Assembly (NCBI GenBank): GCA_013387205.1
Contig: WARV01000001.1
Location: forward strand, 86 to 64,085
DNA: 64,000 nt
Source: Patescibacteria group bacterium
GTDB taxonomy: Bacteria; Patescibacteriota; Doudnabacteria; UBA920
Direction of reading: 5' to 3'
Position numbers and translations under genes: made by a program
In this document: piece by piece, positions 45,416-55,607 of the stretch
Layout: each line of letters begins with the position of its first letter
Numbering within the stretch: position 1 is the stretch's first letter
Notes under the pieces: generated by a model
What the model saw: only the letters and a program-made list of their open reading frames with translations
Databases searched by the model: none
What the model was told of the DNA's origin: nothing

Positions 45416-47632
45416 TTACGGAATATAGATGTCTATTGGCGTTTGCCCAAGAAGGTTGCCGCTGAAATCTTTGGCGAGGAAATTTAAGTGATATGGGCCG
45501 CTGCTGTTCCAATTCCAGCTTGCCAAATCGACCCAGGCTTCCTTGTGTGGCGCGTCCTGCTGGCTGTCGCCCATCTGGTTCAACTGGTCGCCATCAACTT
45601 GCCAATACATGTTATAAGCGTTCAAATCCGTATCGCTTAGCACTGCCTTGAATGGCTGGGCGCCTGATACATGAGATCCGAAAGTCGGCCACCATATGCT
45701 TACTGTTTTGTTAGCCGGAGGATTAACCTGCAGCGTGGTTCCCCCGCCTTGCCGGCTCCAGCTTACTTTAGCCACCGCATTTACGGTGTGTTCGTAATAC
45801 TCTATCTTGACCAGGTGAGTTCCAGCCGTAAGATTTTTTGTCGCGTTATAAGTAGTCGCCGGCTGGTCAAAGAATTTGTCTATGACTGGAGTACCATCCA
45901 CCAAAACCCTTATGCCGTCATCGGCGGTAGCTGCAAAATTATAGTTATCTGCACTGAACTGGAAATTGCCTTGCCAGACCGCGGAGAAATTGTCAGACGG
46001 CACCTTAGGGTCGGGCGAACCCGCGCCCCAATCAAAATTAATCGAAGGGTCATTCCTGCTTAAGATGAAATTGTCAAAATTTCTGCCTGAATAATAGCAT
46101 CCGGTAAAGCTGTTGTTTGACGCAGTCGGGCAAGAGCCCTGTGACGGATTAATGCTACCGTTTTGGGCCCAGGACAACTTAGCAACCGCGCCGCCAGTGT
46201 GCTCATAATATTCCATTTTGACTAAATGCGTACCCGCAGCTAAAGTTATCGTGCCTGTGTAAGTTGTCGGGGGTTGGTCGATAAATTTATCGATTACCGG
46301 GATGCCGTCTACGAACACCCTGACTCCGTCATCAGCTGTCGCGGTAAAAGTGTAGTTGCCGGCGTTGAAACTGAAGTTCCCTTGCCAAACAGCCGAAAAA
46401 TTATCAGATGGCATTTTAGGGTCTGGAGATCCTGTTCCCCAATCGAAATTCATTGTCGGATCTATCCTTGTCATTACGAGGTTGGTAAAATTTTTGTCTG
46501 CGTAGTAGCATCCGGTAAAGGCATTGGTGGCAGGACCAGGACAGACAATCGTTGAAGTCAGGTGTGCCGAAGATTCACCTTCGGAAAACCAGTTTGTCAT
46601 TATCTGCTGGGCTTTCTTATTTTGGGGTGTGTATCCTGTATCCCCTTGTCCGCCTGCGTTTGGATCACTGCTCCAATCCCACAGCATCACGCCGTTTATG
46701 AAGCTTTGGCTGTTCCAGTATGAGAACAAGGCTTCGTAAGCATTGGCTTGCGTGGTTTCATCAAACCCTCCGCCCATGTTGTAATCCCACGGATGGTTAA
46801 ATGAATTCGGCACGCTTTTATAACCAATTTCCGTAAACATAATCGGCTTGTTCCATTTCTGGGCCAAGGGCTGAATGTCTGACATGTTATAGTTGTTCCA
46901 GGCGTTGGTCAGGCTCTGCGCTGAATTGTCCGTAAACATGTCATAATAAGCCGATATGCCTATAAAATCCAAAGCGTCCCAAAATTGTATATTGTTTTTT
47001 TCATCGACCATGCCGTTGTTCGGCGGCCCCCAGTTGGCACTGTAGGTCAGCTTGCCTGAATACAGTTTCCTGACGTTGCTGATCATGTTTCTCCACTGCT
47101 GGGTGTTGTCGTAGTTTTGGTCCGCGCCTGCCATGGAAGCCAGCTCTGCGCCGACACAATAAGATTCCGCCCCGTTCTGCTGGGCAATGGTCGCGTAGTG
47201 GGCAAGCATGCTATTGTAATTCGCAAACCAAGTTTGGCGGTCGGACGGGCGGATATTAGCCCTCCATTCCCCGGTGTAGCTTTGCAGGTGAGGCTTGACC
47301 ATAACCTTTAATCCCAATGAGTGGGCATATTTTATCGCTGCTACCAGCGAATCATCTGTTGGCGTGTTCCAGCCTTTTTGGATGTCAGTGGAATACAGGT
47401 TGGACTGGTAATAAGGTATTATCAGCGCCACGTAATTGGCTTTGGCCGCCGCTAAATTTTTTAAGGACTGCTGGAAAGTCTGGCTAGAAAAATCCGTATC
47501 CCAGCGCGGTTCAATAGAAGCGCCCTTTTGCCAATTTGAAACCGCAGCGGATGCGGTTTTAATTCCAATAAATGAAACAAACAGCCCCAAAAACGCCCCA
47601 ATTACGGTTAGTGTTAGGATTTTTTTTCTCAT
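45416..47632 (-). CDS. Secreted glycoside hydrolase (GH113-like) with two PA14 domains
   Basis: GLKVMVKPH, VGAEL, YSANW, FWDALDFIGISAY, FTEIGY; two FDWG.GSP...ADDG.RV.VDG...EYYE repeats. Confidence 0.85.
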   Translation of the reverse strand: MRKKILTLTVIGAFLGLFVSFIGIKTASAAVSNWQKGASIEPRWDTDFSSQTFQQSLKNLAAAKANYVALIIPYYQSNLYSTDIQKGWNTPTDDSLVAAIKYAHSLGLKVMVKPHLQSYTGEWRANIRPSDRQTWFANYNSMLAHYATIAQQNGAESYCVGAELASMAGADQNYDNTQQWRNMISNVRKLYSGKLTYSANWGPPNNGMVDEKNNIQFWDALDFIGISAYYDMFTDNSAQSLTNAWNNYNMSDIQPLAQKWNKPIMFTEIGYKSVPNSFNHPWDYNMGGGFDETTQANAYEALFSYWNSQSFINGVMLWDWSSDPNAGGQGDTGYTPQNKKAQQIMTNWFSEGESSAHLTSTIVCPGPATNAFTGCYYADKNFTNLVMTRIDPTMNFDWGTGSPDPKMPSDNFSAVWQGNFSFNAGNYTFTATADDGVRVFVDGIPVIDKFIDQPPTTYTGTITLAAGTHLVKMEYYEHTGGAVAKLSWAQNGSINPSQGSCPTASNNSFTGCYYSGRNFDNFILSRNDPSINFDWGAGSPDPKVPSDNFSAVWQGNFQFSADNYNFAATADDGIRVLVDGTPVIDKFFDQPATTYNATKNLTAGTHLVKIEYYEHTVNAVAKVSWSRQGGGTTLQVNPPANKTVSIWWPTFGSHVSGAQPFKAVLSDTDLNAYNMYWQVDGDQLNQMGDSQQDAPHKEAWVDLASWNWNSSGPYHLNFLAKDFSGNLLGQTPIDIYIP

Positions 47633-47719
47633 ATATTTACAATATTATTGTTAAGGCAGTTGACTGCCAATGGTTCGTTGGTTTTTCATTATTGTTAGTT
47701 TGGTTTGATTTGATATCTC

Positions 47720-47980
47720 CTATTTAATGTCGTGAGTGCCGCCGCGGATTGCCCGGCTTATCCAAATTAAAATAATGGCTCCTAAAATCGCCACTAAGAT
47801 GCTAGGCAGGTTAAAACCGGTGATCCCCCTCCCTCCAAGAAGGGACACCACCCATCCGCCTAAAAGACCTCCAAGGATGCCGAGAATAATATCTCCCAAA
47901 AGGCCCCTTGAATTTCCAGTGGCCAAAGAGGCAACCCATCCGGCTATGCCCCCGAGAATTATCCATAGAAAAATATTCAT
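47720..47980 (-). CDS. GlsB/YeaQ/YmgE transglycosylase-associated membrane protein
   Basis: WIILGGIAGWVAS...IILGILGGLLGG. Confidence 0.9.
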   Translation of the reverse strand: MNIFLWIILGGIAGWVASLATGNSRGLLGDIILGILGGLLGGWVVSLLGGRGITGFNLPSILVAILGAIILIWISRAIRGGTHDIK

Positions 47981-48089
47981 AATATTTTTGTCCAATTTTA
48001 TGCATTTATAGGGACGATTCCTATTGTTTTAACTTACGACAATAAAAAAGCCGCCCTTTTGCGCATGTTTGCGGGCGGCTGACAACCTG

Positions 48090-48968
48090 TTATTTTAGGT
48101 ATTTATTTTTATTTTTAACATGTTCTTCAAAGGTTTTGCTGTATACCGGCTCCCCTGACGGCTGTTTATGGAGAAAATAAAAATAGTCGGTGCTGGCAGG
48201 TTCAAGAGCTGCCTGGATTGATGACAGCGAAGGGTTACAGATTGGACCCGGAGGCAGGCCTTTGTATTTATAAGTGTTGTAAGGCGAATCAATCTGCAAA
48301 TCGTCAGCTGAAGCGGTCGGGGTGTTTTTTTTGGTGATGTAATTTATAGTTGCGTCGCTTTGCAGCGGCTGGCCGGTATTTAGGCGGTTGTAAAAAATTC
48401 CGGCAATTATCTTCCTTTCATCAGCCAGCTGCTGTTTTGCTTCAAGAGTTGCCGCGTTCCTGCCGGTTTCTCTTTCTATAATGGATGCCAAGGTGAGAAT
48501 TTCGTAAACCGACATATGCCTTTTTCCAGCCTGGCCCTGCATCTCTTCCGTGAATTTTTGGGAAAAATTTTCCAGCATTTTTTTGATGATCAAAGAACTT
48601 TCCGCAACGTTGGATTCTTTGCTGGAGCCTGAATTTTTCGGGACACGGTATGTGTCAGGAAATAAGAAACCTTCAAGACTGGCTCCCGAAGGCTTGGAGC
48701 CAAGGAAAGGATATTTATCCGCCCTAAAATCCTTTTGCGCGGATATGAAGCTTTTTGCGTCAGTCAGGCCCTTTTTTTGCAAATAGCCGGCTATATCGTC
48801 CGTGGTCCAGCCTTCTATTATCGTAATGGTATCTTCCGGAGCCTTGGCTAACTGTTTTTGCAATCTTTCCAATTTTTTTTGCTGAGTAAATTTAAAAACG
48901 GCAAAGGAACCCAATGCCAAAAACACGATGAAGGAAACCAATAGCCAGATTGTAAATTTTTTTATCAT
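48090..48968 (-). CDS. mltG: Endolytic transglycosylase MltG
   Basis: LEGFLFPDTY, LASIIERE, LQSDAT, SPYNTY, GLPPGPICNP. Confidence 0.95.
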   Translation of the reverse strand: MIKKFTIWLLVSFIVFLALGSFAVFKFTQQKKLERLQKQLAKAPEDTITIIEGWTTDDIAGYLQKKGLTDAKSFISAQKDFRADKYPFLGSKPSGASLEGFLFPDTYRVPKNSGSSKESNVAESSLIIKKMLENFSQKFTEEMQGQAGKRHMSVYEILTLASIIERETGRNAATLEAKQQLADERKIIAGIFYNRLNTGQPLQSDATINYITKKNTPTASADDLQIDSPYNTYKYKGLPPGPICNPSLSSIQAALEPASTDYFYFLHKQPSGEPVYSKTFEEHVKNKNKYLK

Positions 48969-49039
48969 TGTAGGATAGGCAAGCCAAAATCACTTGGAAA
49001 TTTTTAAGGCAGCCAATGAGTTGCTTTGAAAATAAAATT

Positions 49040-49480
49040 TTACTCGCCGATAATTTTTACCCAAATTTCCCTGTTTCGGCCTCCGTCGAATTCCAAGAAA
49101 AACAAGCTTTGCTTTCCGCCTAAAAGCATGTTTCCCTGCTCAATTATCACTTCCTGGGACGATCCCATGAGGAATGTTTTTATATGGGCGTGGCCGTTAG
49201 ACCTTTCGTTAGGGGCAACCTGTTGCCTGACTTCAAATAAATCATGGCTGTAGCTGATATCAATGGGAACCAAACGGTACATGGTTTTCATTAGGTCCTG
49301 GATTAGCAAAGGTTCGTTATGGTTCAGGCGGATGGCTGCTGTGGTGTGCGGAGAATAGACGACCGCAATGCCGCTTTTTACCATGGATTCGGAAACCGCG
49401 TGTCTGACCTGTTCTGTAACGTCTAAAATTTCAAATTGTTTTTTTGATTCAAGGCTGATTTTTTTAAAAAAAGTTTTCAT
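49040..49480 (-). CDS. yjbQ: YjbQ/UPF0047 family protein
   Basis: PHTTAA, NGHAH, EFDG motifs. Confidence 0.88.
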   Translation of the reverse strand: MKTFFKKISLESKKQFEILDVTEQVRHAVSESMVKSGIAVVYSPHTTAAIRLNHNEPLLIQDLMKTMYRLVPIDISYSHDLFEVRQQVAPNERSNGHAHIKTFLMGSSQEVIIEQGNMLLGGKQSLFFLEFDGGRNREIWVKIIGE

Positions 49481-49705
49481 TTTACATCTCAACTTTTTGT
49501 TCCAAAAAATTTTAATAATTTTGGAAGTATAATAATTTTTATTTTAAATTTTTATATTGCAGATTAAACAATTGATTTTCTGGTTGCACTTGCGAAATTC
49601 GTATAAAACTTTACGCACCTGTGTAATCTGTGAACAATATAATTATACTACAAATATCGCAAAACAAAAACCCGCTTCCGGACATGCCGGATTAGCGGGT
49701 TTTTT

Positions 49706-49868
49706 GAAGTAGTCTCAAAACCTCATTTTGGCTGCAATCCCAGAATTTTAGCTGCAAACTTTTCATCGAAACTCACCGTAGCCTTAAGGCTACGCCATCG
49801 TTTCTCTTCAAAGTTTTCGCTTAAAAATTCTGGGATTTCGCCACAAAAGCACGTTTTGAGACTACTTC
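49706..49868. repeat. MITE-like long palindromic element
   Basis: Perfect 16-bp terminal inverted repeat GAAGTAGTCTCAAAAC with nested inner stems. Confidence 0.75.
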
Positions 49869-49877
49869 TGACTTCAA

Positions 49878-50150
49878 TTACAGGATGGCGTCTTTTGCCT
49901 GTTTGGCTACGCGGAATTTTATAACGGTCTTGGCCGGGATTTGGATTTGTTCGCCGGTGGCCGGGTTCCTGCCCATTCTGGCATCGCGATGCTTTTTAAC
50001 CAACTTGCCCAATCCAGGAATGGTGAATTCGCCGTTCTTTTTGGTTTCGTTATAAGCTAATTCCACAACGGCTTCGAGCATTTCGCTTACTTCTTTGCGA
50101 GTCTTTCCCAGCTTGTCGGCCAGGGCTTGCAAAAGTTCTGACTTGGTCAT
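49878..50150 (-). CDS. hup: HU family DNA-binding protein
   Basis: MTKSEL...GLGK...ARMGRNPATGE.IQIPAK. Confidence 0.95.
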   Translation of the reverse strand: MTKSELLQALADKLGKTRKEVSEMLEAVVELAYNETKKNGEFTIPGLGKLVKKHRDARMGRNPATGEQIQIPAKTVIKFRVAKQAKDAIL

Positions 50151-50463
50151 ACTTTTTTTGTCTCCCTTTTCCTTTTCCCTCCCCTCTTTGGGAGGGTAAG
50201 GATAAGTACTTGCTTAAGTTAATTTCATAATAAATATAGCAAAAACCCTAATAAAATCAAGGGTTTTTAAAATAATGTCAAGGGTTAAGCATCGTTTATA
50301 ACCTTTAATTTTTAAAGAAAAATTTAATAAATGGCTTAATTAAGCGAAAAATAATAATTTTTTACAATTTTACCTTAAAAATAAATATCCACAAGCAAAT
50401 CAAAAACACATAGTTTTTATTTATCCTATGACGTTTTTATACTGATTTTAAGCAATGAAACTA

Positions 50464-50612
50464 ACCCCTCTGCTAGCAGAGGGGTATCGGGGTAGTTTCC
50501 TTATCAAAGTGGAAGCTCAAAAGCTATGTATTGGGCAAAGCCCAAGACAAGCTAGTTCCGCTTCCTCACTTAATTCGGCCTCATCCCCGCAGCAAGCTGC
50601 GAAGGATTCGGC
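50464..50612. mobile_element. Possible non-autonomous IS200/IS605-type remnant (paired subterminal hairpins)
   Basis: ACCCCTCTGCTAGCAGAGGGGT and CCCCGCAGCAAGCTGCG hairpins ~100 nt apart, no ORF. Confidence 0.4.
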
Positions 50613-50629
50613 CTTCCATAAATAAATCT

Positions 50630-51664
50630 TTATAATATCACCATTCCGTCGCCGAATGAAAATAGCCGGAATTTTTTATCAATTGCCTGTTTGTATAATC
50701 TTAAAATGTTATTCCTGCCGGCAAAAGCAGACACGAGCATGAGCAGGCTGGATTTTGGCACATGAAAATTAGTGATAATGCCATCGACAAAATTAAATTC
50801 GTACCCTTCTTTAATAAACAAATCAGTGTTTCCAGAAAGCATTCTGATTTTGCTGTTTTTGCAGGAAGATTCCAAAGTTCTCACTGCGGTGGTGCCTACG
50901 GCTATAATAGGCCGGCCTTGCGCTTTGGCTTGGTTTAAAAAAACGGCTGTTTTTTTATCAATCTCAAAAAATTCTTCGTGCAATCTGGATTTTTCCAAAT
51001 TTTCTTGTTTTAAAGGAGCAAAGGTTCCAAGCCCTACATTTAAATTAATAAAGCAGCTGTCAAATCCCAGTTTTTTTAAATTTTGTAAAAGGGTTTTGGT
51101 AAAATGCAGGCTCGCAGTAGGCGCGGCAACGGAAAGGCCGGTCTTGGCAAAAACTGTTTGGTATTGTTTGCGCAATTCTTTTTCAGATAAAGGAGAGTGC
51201 TTGATATAAGGTGGGAGCGGTGTTATTCCGCGCTGCTTTAAGACTTTGGTTATTTGCGAAGAGATAAATAAAGGCTTTAAAATATAAAAATTATTTTTTT
51301 GGGAACTAACTTTGAATTTGATTTTTTTTGACAAGGTTAGCTCGTCCCCGATTTTTAATTTTCTATCAGAAAGTACGGTTATTAAATCATTTTTGTGGTT
51401 TATATACAATAATCTTGCCAAGCCGCCGGAAGGTTTTGTTATAACTAGCCTGGCCGGCACAACGGTAGTGTGGTTAAAAACCAGCACTGCGTCTTTTGGA
51501 AGATAAGCCCCGAGGTTTTTGAAAGTATCAAGAAAAGTTTTTTTGGTTTTTTTATTGAAAACCAAAAGCCTGGCGCCATCTCTCGGAGAAACCGGTTTTT
51601 GGGCAATGAGTTCTTTGGGAAAGCTGTAATCGTATTTTTTCAGAGTTTGTTCAAGATTTTCCAT
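50630..51664 (-). CDS. queA: S-adenosylmethionine:tRNA ribosyltransferase-isomerase
   Basis: LIAQKP, PLPPYI, SVAAPTASLHF, AVGTT, TNFHVPKS, FSFGD. Confidence 0.96.
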   Translation of the reverse strand: MENLEQTLKKYDYSFPKELIAQKPVSPRDGARLLVFNKKTKKTFLDTFKNLGAYLPKDAVLVFNHTTVVPARLVITKPSGGLARLLYINHKNDLITVLSDRKLKIGDELTLSKKIKFKVSSQKNNFYILKPLFISSQITKVLKQRGITPLPPYIKHSPLSEKELRKQYQTVFAKTGLSVAAPTASLHFTKTLLQNLKKLGFDSCFINLNVGLGTFAPLKQENLEKSRLHEEFFEIDKKTAVFLNQAKAQGRPIIAVGTTAVRTLESSCKNSKIRMLSGNTDLFIKEGYEFNFVDGIITNFHVPKSSLLMLVSAFAGRNNILRLYKQAIDKKFRLFSFGDGMVIL

Positions 51665-51696
51665 GGAAAGATTATAGCAGGTTTTAAAGCTTATAA

Positions 51697-51785
51697 ACAA
51701 GGATGCCCCTTGCAAGGGGCATCCTTGTTCTGTTTATAAAAACCTTGGATTAAAAAGGACACCCCGATGAATCGGGGTGTCCTTT
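51697..51785. repeat. Two related REP-like hairpins
   Basis: ACAAGGATGCCCCTTGCAAGGGGCATCCTTGT and AAAGGACACCCCGATGAATCGGGGTGTCCTTT. Confidence 0.7.
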
Positions 51786-51795
51786 GAGATTTTTT

Positions 51796-51897
51796 CTAAT
51801 CGCTGTCAGCGTCATCCATTCCGCCCATGCCTTTGTCCATTCCTCCCTTGCGGCGGTCCATGCCTTCACCGGTGTCTTGCATGATGAATTTTTCCAT
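51796..51897 (-). CDS. Met/Gly/Asp-rich micropeptide (33 aa)
   Basis: GGGAGGTG RBS; MEKFIMQDTGEGMDRRKGGMDKGMGGMDDADSD*. Confidence 0.5.
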   Translation of the reverse strand: MEKFIMQDTGEGMDRRKGGMDKGMGGMDDADSD

Positions 51898-52098
51898 AAT
51901 TAGCACCTCCCTTCGACTGGGGTTAAATTATCTCCCCTCCATAATTATCGTCTTAATGCTCAAACTTGGAGTAAGAGACGGCAGATTCTTAGTCAACTTA
52001 CCCAATGCTGCTTCGGGTATTCTTTTTTCGGGATAACCAAAACCAACTATCAAAATTCGCATGATAGTATGCCGAAAGTTTCCTCTTCTTTTATAAGC

Positions 52099-52968
52099 CT
52101 AAAAAAAATAATGCAAAAAGATTTTTACAACTTCCACCAGCCCCCAAATTCCTAAGCCAATGAATGCCAGTGTGCCGAAAAAAGATACCCATTGGTTCCT
52201 AACCCATTCCACGGTTTTATTTGGGTTTAAAAACAAAGCGATATTTAATATCATATGCCCGCCCAAAACCCCTAAACTGAATCCGAAAACATTGACGATG
52301 CTGAACAGAGGTACGTATCCGGCAAAATCATCCAGGCCCAAAATAAAAGGGACGGTGAGGGAGAAAAATAAAAGGCTTTTCCAGGGCAGGCTGTCCCTCC
52401 CCCGCATTTTCGAGCCGAGGTCGGGTAAAATTTTTGACAAAATCGGCCGGATGAATTTTAGCGTAGCGCTTAAAAATTTATCAAGTCCCAGGTAAAAATA
52501 TTTTTTGGCGCTCTTTTCGCCTTCCCAGTTTTCAAAATGCTCCAACCCGGAAAAAGCCAGTTCAAACAATACGAGCGATGCGATTAAAATCATTAGCCCC
52601 AGTAAGATATCCAATTCCTTAAAAAAGCTCCATAATACCAGAATTGCCATTGTACCGAGCCCGTTGCCCACGGCTGTACCGACTTCAATCGCTATCCGGT
52701 TTTTCCAGCCTGGATTTCCGCTCATCAGCCTGCCCATGAAAATAGCAAAATCAACGGAAGTCTTTAAATAAATAGTCAGTCCGATTATTATATCGACCCA
52801 TCGCAACCGCATGCTTATCTGTTCCATGTTCGGAAGTAAATTCAACAGGCGAATTATGTAATAGACAATAACGCCCAGGACGAAAAAAACTACCATTGTC
52901 AGTGCCAGTGGAATTAGTTGTTCATAAATTAATCCTTTTTTGTTTTGTGCGGTTGAACTGGTTTCCAT
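52099..52968 (-). CDS. Multi-pass membrane protein (CadD/LysE-like)
   Basis: TSVDFAIF and GLDDFAGYVPLF motifs; multiple TM segments. Confidence 0.6.
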   Translation of the reverse strand: METSSTAQNKKGLIYEQLIPLALTMVVFFVLGVIVYYIIRLLNLLPNMEQISMRLRWVDIIIGLTIYLKTSVDFAIFMGRLMSGNPGWKNRIAIEVGTAVGNGLGTMAILVLWSFFKELDILLGLMILIASLVLFELAFSGLEHFENWEGEKSAKKYFYLGLDKFLSATLKFIRPILSKILPDLGSKMRGRDSLPWKSLLFFSLTVPFILGLDDFAGYVPLFSIVNVFGFSLGVLGGHMILNIALFLNPNKTVEWVRNQWVSFFGTLAFIGLGIWGLVEVVKIFLHYFF

Positions 52969-52979
52969 GGTTCAATATT

Positions 52980-53513
52980 TTAATTAAATATTTCAGAGGA
53001 CAATTGTTTATAAATATTATAATCCCCACTGCTAAAACAGACAAAAATAATTTCAGTGATATTTGTCAAAGGGCGTGCTTTTATATATTCTTGGGTTGTC
53101 TCTAGGGCAATTGGCGCGGCTTCTTCTATAGGATAACCGTACGCGCCGGTTGAGATGGAAGGAAAAGCAATGCTTGTAATTTTATGCTTATCGGCAAGCT
53201 CCAGGCTATTTTTATAGCAATCTTCCAAATATGAAGCCGCGTAATCGCCCTGCTCTTTATATACCGGCCCGACAGTGTGGATGACAAACTTGGCAGGCAA
53301 ATTGTAACCCATGGTGATTTTTGCTTCGCCGGTTTTGCAGCCGCCTAAAGCCATACAGGACCTAAGCAGATCCGGCCCGGCAGCTTTGTGGATAGCTCCG
53401 TCTACTCCCCCGCCGCCCATAAGCTTGTTGTTAGCCGCATTTACTATCGCATCAACAGCAAGTTTGGTTATGTCGCCTTGGATAATTTTTATTTCTGTTT
53501 CATTTACTTTCAT
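52980..53513 (-). CDS. Macro domain O-acetyl-ADP-ribose deacetylase (YmdB-like)
   Basis: GDIT, AIVNAAN, GGGGVDGAIH, AFPSISTGAYG. Confidence 0.95.
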   Translation of the reverse strand: MKVNETEIKIIQGDITKLAVDAIVNAANNKLMGGGGVDGAIHKAAGPDLLRSCMALGGCKTGEAKITMGYNLPAKFVIHTVGPVYKEQGDYAASYLEDCYKNSLELADKHKITSIAFPSISTGAYGYPIEEAAPIALETTQEYIKARPLTNITEIIFVCFSSGDYNIYKQLSSEIFN

Positions 53514-54142
53514 GGAAAAATTTATTTATTGCCGGAATGATTTTGCTTCGGTCTTTAATTATTATTGCCGGTTTGCCTTTTTGCAGAATGGATTTTGGAT
53601 GAAAGCCGTCAATTACCGCCAAGGATTTTACCCTGCATTTTTCCGCCTCGATAATGTCACCTAAAGTATCAGTGATAAACAGGCAGTTTTTAGGACCAGC
53701 CTTGTATTTTTTTATAATCTTTCTTATTTTTTCTATTTTGCTGGTATGAGAGTCATATCCTAAAATATCATTAAAATATTTTATAACCTTATGCTTTTTA
53801 AGAAATTTCTTGATTGTTTTGTCTTTGGCGGACGAAATTATTGTTAAATGATATTTTGCGGCAAGTCTTCTTACTATTTCCGGCATGCCGGAAATTATTG
53901 GAAGTTCGTGCAGCCTTGGCTCATAAAGTTTCCAGTATTTTTTTTTGGTCTGCCATGCAAAATTTCGGAGTGAGCTTTAAAAATTCATAAATGTTCCCCA
54001 TAAACATTTTTTGGAACGTCTTTTTGCTTATTTTAAACCCTTGTATTTGCTCGTTGCATTGGTGGACGATTTTTGTCGAATCAACCAGGACTCCGTCAAA
54101 ATCAAACATCAGGATTTTATTGGACAAGGTTTTCTTTTTCAT
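53500..54142 (-). pseudogene. HAD-family hydrolase split by frameshift in an A9 run
   Basis: FDFDGVLVDS in upstream ORF, FITDTLGDI in downstream ORF; A8 at 53938-53946 would give continuous DQKKYWKLYEPRLHELPIISGMPE. Confidence 0.85.
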
Positions 54143-54150
54143 TTAACCGA

Positions 54151-55287
54151 TTATTCTCTTTTTAAATATTTTTTTCCTTTAATTTTTTCCGGTAAGTAGC
54201 TTTCTTTGTCGTATTTTTCGTAACCCGTGCCGTAGCCCAATTCGTCCATGAGTTTCGTAGGCGCGTTGCGGATCTTAAGCGGTATGGGCAGGTTGCCGAA
54301 TTTTTTTACGTCTTCAAGCGCTTTAAAATACGCATAGTACGCGCTTCTGTCTTTTTTACACAAGCAAAGATAGGTTACTCCGTGTGCCAGGTTAATTTGG
54401 CATTCGGGCAGGCCAATTGTTTCGCAGGCGCGGAAAACTTCGTTGGCTACCACTAAAGCCGTGGGCTGGGCCAGGCCGATGTCCTCGCTGGCAAAAATCA
54501 CCATCCTGCGGGCAATGAATTTCGGGTCCTCGCCCGAGTCTATCATTCTTGCCAGATAATACAGGGCAGCATCAGGCTGGCTGGCGCGCATGGATTTGAT
54601 GAACGCGGAAATGGTATTATAATGTTCCTCGCCCTGCTTGTCGTATCTTAAAAATTTTGACTGCAGCGTATCTTTTAGCGTTTCTACCGTAACTTTGCTG
54701 TAAAGTTTGATTGTGTTTTCAATCATGGTAATGGCTTGACGCGCGTCGCCGTTGGCCATATTGGCCAGCCACTCCTTGGCGTCTTTTTTCATCTTGATGC
54801 CGGTTTGTTGGATAATTTTTTCCATGTCCTGCGTCGGTAATTCGTTTAAAGTAAAAACCCGGCAGCGCGATAGCAGCGCCGGGATAACTTCAAAGGAAGG
54901 ATTTTCCGTGGTCGCGCCGATTAAGGTCAATCGGCCCGATTCCACGAAAGGCAGTAAAAAATCCTGCTGTGCTTTGTTAAAGCGGTGGATTTCATCCAAA
55001 AACAAAACTTTAGGCCGCAAAGTGGGCTGCCTATCCTCTACAATTTTCCTAATATCGTCTTTCCCCGCCGAAACCGCGGACAGTTCATACATCTCCGCAT
55101 TTAACGCATTAGCGTAAATCCTAGCCAGAGTGGTTTTGCCGACGCCTGGCGGCCCCCATAGTATAAAAGAGAACAGGTGTTTCTGTTCTATGGCAACCTT
55201 TAAGGGTTTGTATTCCCCTACCAAATGCCCCTGCCCCACAAAACTTTCCAGGTTTTTGGGTCGAATTTTATTAGCTAGCGGTTCCAT
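54151..55287 (-). CDS. rarA: Replication-associated recombination protein A
   Basis: WGPPGVGKTT, LDEIHRFNKAQQD, ISAFIKS.R.S.PDAALYY, ASEDIG. Confidence 0.95.
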   Translation of the reverse strand: MEPLANKIRPKNLESFVGQGHLVGEYKPLKVAIEQKHLFSFILWGPPGVGKTTLARIYANALNAEMYELSAVSAGKDDIRKIVEDRQPTLRPKVLFLDEIHRFNKAQQDFLLPFVESGRLTLIGATTENPSFEVIPALLSRCRVFTLNELPTQDMEKIIQQTGIKMKKDAKEWLANMANGDARQAITMIENTIKLYSKVTVETLKDTLQSKFLRYDKQGEEHYNTISAFIKSMRASQPDAALYYLARMIDSGEDPKFIARRMVIFASEDIGLAQPTALVVANEVFRACETIGLPECQINLAHGVTYLCLCKKDRSAYYAYFKALEDVKKFGNLPIPLKIRNAPTKLMDELGYGTGYEKYDKESYLPEKIKGKKYLKRE

Positions 55288-55607
55288 ATGATAAGTGTAA
55301 CAAGCCCAAAATCCGCTGGCAAGATGAAAGTATGGATAGCTACTGTAATTTCTGCGTAGGTAGAAATTAATATTTTGATTATTATCAATGTTCTGGATCC
55401 CAGACTCTATCTGGGATGGAACAAAATGAATGGCTCAACTTAACCCCGTCAAATTGTATTCTTATTTGACTGGGGCGGTTGAGCCATTCATTTTGCCTAA
55501 TTTGGGCACTTCGATACATCGATGTATCGAAGTGGGGCTGGCTTGACTTTAGGAGATAATAACCATAAAATGAGATGAAACTGTTGTACCCGAGAAAAGG
55601 AGGGATA

